From: Escherichia phage KKE7M
Reading direction: 5' to 3' (one strand)
DNA length: 64,000 bases
Sequence record: PQ356295.1
Part shown: positions 9,939 through 18,014 of the stretch, one piece after another
Layout of the letters: the number at the start of each line of letters is the position of its first letter
How positions within the stretch are numbered: the stretch's first letter is position 1
Notes under the pieces: generated by a model
The model's database searches: none
Told to the model about the DNA's origin: nothing
The model's input: the letters and a program-made list of their open reading frames with translations, nothing else
Program-made: the position numbers and the translations under genes

Positions 9939-10532
9939 ATGAATATTGAAGATCAAAAAGTACGCGCTTTAGAAGTATTACGTATGTGCCAACTGGTAGA
10001 TCCGTTTGCAATTGTAGCTGGCGGCGCTGTACGTGATTGGCGATTAGAGAAACCTGCGCAAGATATTGACATTTACTTGCGTATGCCTAACCACAATACA
10101 CTCGTACTAGTAGAGAAATTTTTGATGTTAGGTGTTGGTGCACGTAATGTGAAACAACTTACTAAGCAAACAGAACATACTTATGCCGAACTACCACATT
10201 TGAAATGGGTATTTGAAGCATACTATAAAGATCTTAAGTTTAACTTTATGATCATGGAAGAAGGTGTACGCAGTGAAATCGTATGGAACTTTGATGTAGC
10301 TATCTGCCTGTGTTACTGGGATGGTCAAAACTATGTATATCATCCAGATTTTGAATTTGCATTGAAGACTAATATTTGCACTATTAATCACCGATACACA
10401 GGTAAAGAAGCACACGTCCGTAAAATGGCAGAACGTTTCCCTATGTTCCGTTTTGTAAAAGACGTTTTCATTCCTAAAGAGCCAGAAGTACGTACACTGG
10501 ATTCATTTAACAATGAAGAATTTAAAATTTAA
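9939..10532 (+). CDS. Minimal nucleotidyltransferase of the CCA-adding / poly(A) polymerase head-domain family
   Basis: Motif IVAGGAVRDWRLEKPAQDIDIYL matches the GGxVRD...DxD signature of class II tRNA nucleotidyltransferases; only 197 aa. Confidence 0.55.
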   Translation: MNIEDQKVRALEVLRMCQLVDPFAIVAGGAVRDWRLEKPAQDIDIYLRMPNHNTLVLVEKFLMLGVGARNVKQLTKQTEHTYAELPHLKWVFEAYYKDLKFNFMIMEEGVRSEIVWNFDVAICLCYWDGQNYVYHPDFEFALKTNICTINHRYTGKEAHVRKMAERFPMFRFVKDVFIPKEPEVRTLDSFNNEEFKI

Positions 10533-10535
10533 GTG

Positions 10536-10565
10536 TTGACAAACATTATAATTATGTGTTATTAT
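10536..10565 (+). promoter_or_regulatory. Sigma70-like promoter: TTGACA -N18- TATTAT with TGn extension
   Basis: Perfect -35 hexamer, 18-nt spacer, TGtTATTAT; only ~10 nt before the ATG at 10576, so a very short leader. Confidence 0.4.
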
Positions 10566-10575
10566 GAGGACTTGA

Positions 10576-10974
10576 ATGACAGATAATCGTTCTAAAATCT
10601 TAGTCGAGACGTTCTACAGTAGAGAAACTAATCGTCTTGAGCTAACCAAAAAAGATGTTGAACCTCAAGATAATACCTTTTTTATTCAAATACTATGTCT
10701 CTTTGGTGGATACAATCGTTTAACAGTGAGAGTAGAAAACAAAGAGATATCTGAAACCACTATCACAAAACGTGAGCTTATGCTACTACAGGATACAATA
10801 CGAGATGTTTTGGATAATCCTGGAAAAGCAAAAGTAATTAATCTTGGTGGAGAAAAGATACAAATTCTCCATTTTGAAAGTGGTGAAATAGGCTTTGGTA
10901 TTGGTCTTGGTAAATACCTGTTGGAAGAAACTGACGCTACTCTTTTACGAGAGTTTTGTGTTAAAGTAATGTAA
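10576..10974 (+). CDS. Hypothetical protein (132 aa)
   Basis: ORF in track with GAGGA upstream. Confidence 0.55.
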   Translation: MTDNRSKILVETFYSRETNRLELTKKDVEPQDNTFFIQILCLFGGYNRLTVRVENKEISETTITKRELMLLQDTIRDVLDNPGKAKVINLGGEKIQILHFESGEIGFGIGLGKYLLEETDATLLREFCVKVM

Positions 10975-10990
10975 TTATAGAGGAGAATTT

Positions 10991-11938
10991 ATGCCAGTAA
11001 TTAATTCTGAAATCGACCGCCGTACTAAAAAAGAAGCATTCTGGGCTGAAGGTATTGTCGAATATGTCAAACTAGATAAGTTTGATGAAATGAAAGTCTC
11101 TTATATTAAGGTTGCAGGTCAGCCAGATAAGAAAATTGAATCAACTCACAAAGCATCTCTGCTTATTAAAGAGAAAGGTGCTGGTGCTGATGATAAAGGA
11201 GTTTGGGTTAGCCTAGGTGAAGTTAAACTGCACCCAGAACATGAAAACCTGCAAGTTAAAGATGGTGATAAGTGGGTTACTATCGAAAAAGGTGTAGAAC
11301 TAACTATGGATGTTAAACCTTCTGAATGGAATGGTAAAACATACTACAATTCCTCTAAAGGTAAAATCACTATTCTTTCAACAGAAGGTGTTCAGCAAGC
11401 ACAATCCTCTTCAAAAGGTGGAAATAAGCCATCTAATAACGACGGTAGCAAGCCTAACTACAAAAAACGTGATACCGTAGGGATTGAAACAGGACACGCT
11501 GTAAACGGCGCTCTGGAGCTTCTACGTGCTGGTGTGAAAGGTGATGCTTTCGACTTGGCTGGTGTGGTACAATCTGCAACTGTTACTCTGAAAGCTGAAA
11601 TTGCTAAAGATCGTGGCGTTGACGTGACTGATTATGATCTTGGTGCTTCAGTTGGACACGCAATTCTTAACGCTTGTCGTGATCATACAGGTAAAACTGT
11701 AACGGCAGAAGAGATTATTGAAGCTGCTCGTGAAGTTCTTGCTTTGTCTGATAAAGTAGCTGCTGCTATCCGTGGAATGTCTACCCCAGTACAAGAAGTT
11801 AAGAAAGAAACTAAGAAAGTAGAGAAGAAAGAGCCAGCACCGAAAGAACCAGAACCTGTTGTTCAAGATTTCGATGATGATATCCCATTTGCTCCTATTG
11901 GTTTGCAATATGGTCGAAACTTCCTGCACTGTTTCTAA
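10991..11938 (+). CDS. ssb: Single-stranded DNA-binding protein (SSB-like)
   Basis: Gly/Ser/Asn-rich linker and acidic C-terminal tail ending DDDIPF as in bacterial SSB; sits in the replication module. Confidence 0.65.
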   Translation: MPVINSEIDRRTKKEAFWAEGIVEYVKLDKFDEMKVSYIKVAGQPDKKIESTHKASLLIKEKGAGADDKGVWVSLGEVKLHPEHENLQVKDGDKWVTIEKGVELTMDVKPSEWNGKTYYNSSKGKITILSTEGVQQAQSSSKGGNKPSNNDGSKPNYKKRDTVGIETGHAVNGALELLRAGVKGDAFDLAGVVQSATVTLKAEIAKDRGVDVTDYDLGASVGHAILNACRDHTGKTVTAEEIIEAAREVLALSDKVAAAIRGMSTPVQEVKKETKKVEKKEPAPKEPEPVVQDFDDDIPFAPIGLQYGRNFLHCF

Positions 11939-11961
11939 TAATTAAATATTGTGTGAATATA

Positions 11962-11986
11962 AGGAGCCTAACGGCTCCTTTTCTTT
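11962..11986 (+). terminator. Hairpin AGGAGCC-TAAC-GGCTCCT followed by TTTCTTTG
   Basis: Perfect 7-bp stem plus T-rich tail after SSB gene; near-identical to the hairpin at 13130. Confidence 0.55.
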
Positions 11987-11998
11987 GAAGGAGATATA

Positions 11999-12730
11999 AT
12001 GAGCGAATTTGTAAACAACACCGCATTAAACTACCTGCAAACCCTCGAAAGCAACAGTGTAGATTTGATTCTTACTGACCCACCATATGCTATTTCTCGT
12101 GACACAAATTTTCAATCTGGAGAGCCTACTGGAAAAGATACGGATAGATTCCGTGTATCTTACAACTTTGGTGACTGGGATGTTGTAGATATTCCTTACT
12201 TTAAAGAAGTATTCAAAGAAGCCTATAGGGTGCTTAGAAAAGGTGGTACTTGCATAGTTTGGTATGATATCTGGAAGATCCAGGAGTTACGTGAAATCCT
12301 CGAACCGCTTGGTTTTCGTATGTTCCGTACTATTGAATGGATTAAAACAAACCCTGTACCCATCAACAGTGGTGTTAACTACCTTAGTAACGCTAAAGAG
12401 ATGGCTATTGTTTGTGTTAAAGGTTCGAAGCCAACCTTCAATGCCTCCTACCACAAGGGTGTGTTTGAGTATCCTATCTATCAAGGAGCAGATCGTTTTC
12501 ATCCAACACAAAAACACTTGACTTTGTTTTGTGACCTTATTAATATACATACCAACGAAGGAGATGTAGTCTTAGACTTCTTCTCTGGAAGTGCAACAAC
12601 ACAAGTTGCGGCACTTTTAACAGGTAGAGAATACTTAGGCTGTGAAGCCGATGTAAATATTTTTAAGCAAGCGGAGGAACGACTAAATGAGTACACTGAA
12701 CAGCAAAATCACCCTGAAGGCACTGATTAA
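11999..12730 (+). CDS. DNA methyltransferase (N6-adenine or N4-cytosine, beta-class motif order)
   Basis: N-terminal catalytic DPPY (LILTDPPYAIS) and C-terminal SAM-binding FFSGSATT. Confidence 0.8.
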   Translation: MSEFVNNTALNYLQTLESNSVDLILTDPPYAISRDTNFQSGEPTGKDTDRFRVSYNFGDWDVVDIPYFKEVFKEAYRVLRKGGTCIVWYDIWKIQELREILEPLGFRMFRTIEWIKTNPVPINSGVNYLSNAKEMAIVCVKGSKPTFNASYHKGVFEYPIYQGADRFHPTQKHLTLFCDLINIHTNEGDVVLDFFSGSATTQVAALLTGREYLGCEADVNIFKQAEERLNEYTEQQNHPEGTD

Positions 12731-13118
12731 CAACGGTATGAACTTGGACTCTGGTCTGTCTCCAAAGATTTCTATGGCACGACTGGAACAAGTTACTGGT
12801 CTTCGTCAAGTAAGTAATGGCGGTAAGATTATTCGTGATGACGCTGTACCTTTTAATAAATTTCAGATTGAACGTCATTACGATCCTGTAACTGCAAGTC
12901 TCACTGGTGTAACTTTCTCCGGTTATCGTACTGCCGGATACCAACGTAAGGTTGTAGCTGAACGTATTAAGAATCGCAAACAGAAAATTGCAACATTGAA
13001 GAAACTAGTAGAGAAAGATGTTTCAGAACTTCTTAACCTGTATGAAACTCTTGAGACAAAAGGTGAAGATCATAAACTCTTCTCTAAAGAAGATGTAAGC
13101 GTAATTTTCACTGACTAA
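12687..13118 (+). CDS. Hypothetical protein (143 aa)
   Basis: ATG after GGAGGA, overlaps MTase 3' end. Confidence 0.5.
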   Translation: MSTLNSKITLKALINNGMNLDSGLSPKISMARLEQVTGLRQVSNGGKIIRDDAVPFNKFQIERHYDPVTASLTGVTFSGYRTAGYQRKVVAERIKNRKQKIATLKKLVEKDVSELLNLYETLETKGEDHKLFSKEDVSVIFTD

Positions 13119-13129
13119 GATAAAAGAAA

Positions 13130-13153
13130 AGGAGCCTAATGGCTCCTTTTTTA
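13130..13153. terminator. Bidirectional intrinsic terminator AGGAGCC-TAAT-GGCTCCT + TTTTTT between convergent genes
   Basis: Perfect stem, T6 run on plus; lies between the plus gene ending 13118 and the minus gene ending 13154. Confidence 0.7.
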
Positions 13154-15973
13154 TTAGTCGTAATATTTCAAACCTGTAATAAAGACTGATCCCCAATCGT
13201 ACAAGCTGGAGTAGTTTATTGTCCAAGTAGATGCCGTACCAGAGAATACGTCACGAACAACGTCCCCGTTGGAATAGTAAACATCCACACCAGTATGTCC
13301 GTTCCTTGGTATAGTGAAGGATACTCCTCCTAAACTTCCAGGATATGTGCAGACATAAGGCGCTCCAGCTTTTGATGTTTCTCCTGTAGGAGCACCTTCA
13401 AGCTGTGGCAACCAAACTGCAAGGTTACTAGTACCATCTCCAGCGAAAATCTCCGCGCCAGTCGCATCCAAGGCAATTATTTCAAAACTTATGGAGGACT
13501 GTTTGGCTATCCCTGTTTTATGCAGAATAGCACGATACCAACCGTTACCCATAGATATAATATTAGCTTCACTTCCTGTGAATGTACCTGCTGCTAAATC
13601 AAAAGTACCCTCATTAACTTCAGTTCCTGCTTTTAATCTTAGTTTGGCCTTAGTAATCCCGTTCGCTTTCAAGAAAACAGAGGCAGACCAGTTACGTCCG
13701 GCATATATGTTATACGCGTTAGTATATGTTGCAGTTAAAATATGACTACCAGATGTTGTAGTCGGAGTTAATTTGAATACATTGGCAGTAGTTCCAGCCG
13801 GAGAGTTATCAGATGAAGCTGTAACAGTTAAGTTGGTCTTTACCCACGGACTTGCACTTGTTAAGGCGTTGTTGACAAAAATTTGTGAAGCTGTGTTAGC
13901 TGTTACACGTCTGCCTACAGGGGTAGTACCAACATACTCCAACGGAGCAACCAAGGTATTAGTGGCTACAAGTGTATCTCCAGAAGTACGAGCAAAAGAG
14001 TTCCCACCATTAACCTTAACATCTGATGGAAGAGTTTCTTGCGTCAAATCATAGTCCATCACGACAGGTTTATCTTCTTCGGTTCCTGCTGTAACGTTAA
14101 CATTAAAACGTACTAAAGGAGATAACACATCATTTGCTTCGTCATAATATGCAACATCAAATATAGTAGTTCCTGCTGCAAAACCATATTGTGCTACTTG
14201 ATCTGCATAGGTAAACGTATAGCTGTTCGTATTAAGTGTTTGTTCAGTTAATACAGATGCTGTTAAGACGTTAATATTACGGAAGTAGTGTTTACTATAA
14301 CCTTGAGCATCCCATGCTAAAATTGTATCTTGATTAGATTGGGAAATAGCTGTTGCTCCAGTTGGAACAGCCATATCAACCCAAACAGGTGACGTTGATG
14401 TTAGGTCTGTACCGTCTGCTGCTGATTTAGCAAGTTTTGTAGCTGCTGTCTGGTATACAGAAGAAATATAATGGGTACGACCATCAATACCTTCTTCATA
14501 AACATAACCACTGTAACGTTCAGCACCATCTACCCAAGAACCAATGATAACATCATCACGTGCCGTAGAGATGGCTCTTTGTACATTTCTGTATTTCTGC
14601 CAATCCACACCATTAACTTCTACACCATATAAATAAGAACGTCCTAGGATCTGCCAAACAATTTTTGCTTGAGAAGCAGGAACTATTGTACGCATCTTAT
14701 CAAAGATAGCTATTGTAGCATCATGGTAACGTGTAGTGTTACTGTATCTACCTGCAACAGTTGAAGATGCTGATACAGCATCATTTTCACCTTGTCCCCA
14801 AATAATTGCTTTAACCTTACTTGCATAAGGTGTGACTTTAGTGATAAAATTAGTTAAGCATGGCCCATCTGCTGTGTTATCCAGATCATACCAGTAGTTG
14901 TCTGGTGTACCTGTTCCAGCTTTATCGTCAGCATATTTATCTGCTGCTGATGATCCAGAAGCTGTATTTAACGGAAGAACTTCAGCATTTGCTAAACCAC
15001 GTTGCGTAGCATATGCATTACGGGCTGTTGTGCTACTGATTGCTGCTTTATTTGCACCAGACAATTCTGTAAAGTGCGCATTTACGTTATCTTGTCCAGC
15101 AAAGACAATAACTTCTTTAATGAACGAATCATCTGTAGCTATTGAGTTATTAAAGATAACAGGTGCTGCTTTGGTGCTCTTAACGCTAATTTTAAGGTAT
15201 GTTGGAGCAAACCCATAAAGAGGAATAGAGTCAGAGATATCAAAGTAAGCATGAGTATTCGTGGTTGTTGTAGTCCACTGAACACTGTTATTACTTAAAT
15301 CTAACACTTCTACAGTATAAGTATCACCATCTAGCGGATCAGCTACATCCCAAGCAACACGAACGTCTCCATAGCTGTTTGCCACGGCTGTTACATTAGA
15401 AATAACAGGAATAGCATTAACACCTAAATAAGAACTATCAGAGGCCACAACTGTTCCTTGATACGTTGCAGTACAACCTATACGGCAATTACCATCTTTA
15501 AGAGCAGTTATTAATCCTGTAGGGCTTACAGTAGCTACTTCTGGATCTGTTGTGGTATACGTAATTACCATATCTGGAAGGTCTTTAGCACCTTCTGGAC
15601 TGATTGTAGCAACCAACTGTTGAGTAGTGCCTACATCCATAGCAGATAGACTTTCAGTGTACACACTTAATTCTGAAGCATAACCACCAGATTGATCAGT
15701 TAAGACAGCACCTAAATTATTTTTAGCTGTCATTATTGCATCAAAACCACCTTCGGCAACAAACTCCATCATACCACTATTATCTATAACCATTTTGGTA
15801 TTATCTGAAGATGAAAAAGCTATATCAAATAACGCACCATCTTCCGGTGAAACTGTGTATGTCAGTTGCTTTTTACTACCAACTATTGCAATACCAATAG
15901 AGGAAGTGGTTATAGATGTAGCTGTTACTACTGAAGCTGATGTTGTTGACATAAATAAAGGAATAGGATACAT
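13154..15973 (-). CDS. Tail fiber / receptor-binding protein with Ig-like region and SGNH/SASA-type esterase-like segment
   Basis: 939 aa, T/S-rich N-terminal repeats; FAGQDNVNAH resembles the GQSN motif of sialate O-acetylesterase-like SGNH hydrolases; last gene of the minus structural block. Confidence 0.55.
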   Translation of the reverse strand: MYPIPLFMSTTSASVVTATSITTSSIGIAIVGSKKQLTYTVSPEDGALFDIAFSSSDNTKMVIDNSGMMEFVAEGGFDAIMTAKNNLGAVLTDQSGGYASELSVYTESLSAMDVGTTQQLVATISPEGAKDLPDMVITYTTTDPEVATVSPTGLITALKDGNCRIGCTATYQGTVVASDSSYLGVNAIPVISNVTAVANSYGDVRVAWDVADPLDGDTYTVEVLDLSNNSVQWTTTTTNTHAYFDISDSIPLYGFAPTYLKISVKSTKAAPVIFNNSIATDDSFIKEVIVFAGQDNVNAHFTELSGANKAAISSTTARNAYATQRGLANAEVLPLNTASGSSAADKYADDKAGTGTPDNYWYDLDNTADGPCLTNFITKVTPYASKVKAIIWGQGENDAVSASSTVAGRYSNTTRYHDATIAIFDKMRTIVPASQAKIVWQILGRSYLYGVEVNGVDWQKYRNVQRAISTARDDVIIGSWVDGAERYSGYVYEEGIDGRTHYISSVYQTAATKLAKSAADGTDLTSTSPVWVDMAVPTGATAISQSNQDTILAWDAQGYSKHYFRNINVLTASVLTEQTLNTNSYTFTYADQVAQYGFAAGTTIFDVAYYDEANDVLSPLVRFNVNVTAGTEEDKPVVMDYDLTQETLPSDVKVNGGNSFARTSGDTLVATNTLVAPLEYVGTTPVGRRVTANTASQIFVNNALTSASPWVKTNLTVTASSDNSPAGTTANVFKLTPTTTSGSHILTATYTNAYNIYAGRNWSASVFLKANGITKAKLRLKAGTEVNEGTFDLAAGTFTGSEANIISMGNGWYRAILHKTGIAKQSSISFEIIALDATGAEIFAGDGTSNLAVWLPQLEGAPTGETSKAGAPYVCTYPGSLGGVSFTIPRNGHTGVDVYYSNGDVVRDVFSGTASTWTINYSSLYDWGSVFITGLKYYD

Positions 15974-15991
15974 TTAATCTCCTTAAATAAT

Positions 15992-16009
15992 AAGCCCCCG
16001 AAGGGGCTT
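15992..16009 (-). terminator. Intergenic hairpin (UUCG loop on minus strand) between tail fiber genes
   Basis: AAGCCCC-CGAA-GGGGCTT inverted repeat; weak U-tract on minus. Confidence 0.35.
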
Positions 16010-16012
16010 TGA

Positions 16013-17974
16013 TTATGTGCGTTTAGCAACAATAGCATCCACGTAATCGCCAACACCACAATATGTTAGTTGTAGTATTGTTACTCCGTTAGGATCTGTA
16101 TTAATATCACTAGAACCAATTACTTTATAAGATGGATCTAAAGTAACAGTACGACCTCCAGTGGCATCTTGGATAAGATAAACTATCGCAGAGAATGGTT
16201 TAGGTTTTGTACTATCTTCGACACCAGGCCATGCTTTTATAGTAGAGTTACCAGTAAGATTCAACACATTCATGTTATGTGTTCCTGGAGGTGTCCAGTC
16301 TCCTGTAACAGAATCGTTGGTATATGCTGTAACCTCTATAAAATTAGTTGTTACTTTTGTTGGAACTATATCTTGACCATCTACAGAACTAGTGAGTTCT
16401 TCCCATGCTCCATCTTTACGAGCATAAGTCTTACCATCACTAGGTGCATCTGTGATACTAGGTAGTGTACCTTGAGAAGTCCAGACAGTTACAGATGTTT
16501 TTAAGAACACCTCACCAGTGGAGATATTAAAGGCATAATCACCTTGTTTACCATCACTAGAGATTGGATCTGTTGTTTTAACAATCCAAGTTGCACCGTC
16601 TGTACCGTTAGTACCAGCGTCACCTTTTTCACCCTTATCACCTTTCAAACTACCCATATCTACATATTCAGCAGTTTGAGTTTGTTCATTATAGGTGTAA
16701 ATGTAAAGATGACCTGTATCTTCCGTCAGATAAGCATCACCGTAATTGGCTGTAGGAGGAAGTGCACTTGCAGACGCAACGTGTCCTTTTGCAGTGATTG
16801 GAGTACCAGCTAAACGACCAACATTTGTCCACTCTGTGGCTCCTTGCAACCAGACCCAAAGTTCATTATTGATCAGATAACCATCACCATCTTCTCCAGT
16901 TTGTGGTAGTTCAGAAGTGTTAGTCAGAATATCAATAATGGTCAACCCTGCGCCAGTTGGCCCCGTCAAGCCTTGTATACCCTGCTCACCTTGATCACCC
17001 TTGTCTCCCTTATCACCTTTTTCTCCTTTCAGAGAGGCAATATATTCGTCAATAGTACCAACGTTACCAGCATTTAACCAGACTTGATAAGCTGAATCAC
17101 CAGTGTTACCCTTATCTCCTTTGTCGCCTTTATCTCCTTTTGGCCCCACTATAGCGCCCATATTGATCCATTCTACACCGTTTGACACGTATAGATATGT
17201 ACCAATACTCCATGCTTGAGATGTGTTTCCATGAGATGCAGAAGGAAGATCTGAAACGGAATTAGCTGCGCCTTGGTAATCAAAACCATTAGCATTGTTA
17301 CCTGGTACACCTTGTGGCCCCTCTGGGCCAGGCTCCCCTTTATCACCTTTAATTGAAGCAAGATAATCTAGTTCTGTACCTTCGTTTCCTGCTGCAAGCC
17401 ATACTTCATAAGCAGATTTACCTTCTGGCCCCTGTGAGTTTACTTTTCTCCAAGCAGTACCATCCCAAGTATACATATTCTCGCCTACAATCCATGCATC
17501 CCCTGCATTGTTTCCAGTTGTAGGTAATTGGTTGGTATTAGATAGCGTCCCTAGTAGCTTTAATGGAGCACCGGGATCACCTTTTAAAGAAGCCAACCAC
17601 TGTGTCTCAGTACCTTGGAAACCATTGTCTACGGCAATCTGGTAAGCTGATTTACCAGCTTCTGGGATGGATTCTCTAAGATCTTCAATTTCAGCTTCAA
17701 TAGCATCTAATTCTGATTCTATTTGAGCAATGTCATCTGCATTACCCACATTTTTCCAAGCTGTATCTGAAATCCCTCCAGTAGATGTAGGAGTAGAATT
17801 AGCAGGTACAACTTTAGGTAGAGAACCTTTCCACTGATAGTAGTTACCGTCAGCTTCAAAGAGCAATGCTTCACGAGCATCTCTTAAGGTAAAACCACTT
17901 GCAAAACTTCTACGCTTTCTATAGCGAGACTCTACCATGTCTGCAATGGCACTATTTGGACGTGTTAAAATCAC
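16013..17974 (-). CDS. Tail fiber protein with collagen-like (Gly-X-Y) repeats
   Basis: GTG start after AAGGAG; runs such as GDKGDKGDKG and GEKGDKGDKGDQGEQGIQG alternating with W-rich motifs; N-terminal motif PKVVPANSTPTSTGG shared with 25056-27125. Confidence 0.7.
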   Translation of the reverse strand: MILTRPNSAIADMVESRYRKRRSFASGFTLRDAREALLFEADGNYYQWKGSLPKVVPANSTPTSTGGISDTAWKNVGNADDIAQIESELDAIEAEIEDLRESIPEAGKSAYQIAVDNGFQGTETQWLASLKGDPGAPLKLLGTLSNTNQLPTTGNNAGDAWIVGENMYTWDGTAWRKVNSQGPEGKSAYEVWLAAGNEGTELDYLASIKGDKGEPGPEGPQGVPGNNANGFDYQGAANSVSDLPSASHGNTSQAWSIGTYLYVSNGVEWINMGAIVGPKGDKGDKGDKGNTGDSAYQVWLNAGNVGTIDEYIASLKGEKGDKGDKGDQGEQGIQGLTGPTGAGLTIIDILTNTSELPQTGEDGDGYLINNELWVWLQGATEWTNVGRLAGTPITAKGHVASASALPPTANYGDAYLTEDTGHLYIYTYNEQTQTAEYVDMGSLKGDKGEKGDAGTNGTDGATWIVKTTDPISSDGKQGDYAFNISTGEVFLKTSVTVWTSQGTLPSITDAPSDGKTYARKDGAWEELTSSVDGQDIVPTKVTTNFIEVTAYTNDSVTGDWTPPGTHNMNVLNLTGNSTIKAWPGVEDSTKPKPFSAIVYLIQDATGGRTVTLDPSYKVIGSSDINTDPNGVTILQLTYCGVGDYVDAIVAKRT

Positions 17975-17991
17975 TTTACTACTCCTTTTAT

Positions 17992-18012
17992 AAAGGGGCT
18001 TTCGCCCCTTTT
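17992..18012 (-). terminator. Hairpin AAAGGGGC-TTTC-GCCCCTTTT (same as plus-strand hairpin at 7143, inverted)
   Basis: Perfect inverted repeat with flanking T/A runs between stop of 18015 gene and start of 16013 gene. Confidence 0.45.
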
Positions 18013-18014
18013 AA

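Noticed and set aside
10547-10552. Perfect TATAAT hexamer just downstream of the TTGACA at 10536
   Set aside because: Only 5 nt from the -35 hexamer, incompatible with sigma70 spacing; the TGtTATTAT element 18 nt downstream is the better -10 candidate
16900-17420. Short periodic nucleotide repeats considered as a possible CRISPR or tandem repeat array
   Set aside because: The periodicity is 9 nt and codes Gly-X-Y collagen-like repeats inside the tail fiber ORF; no identical direct repeats separated by unique spacers
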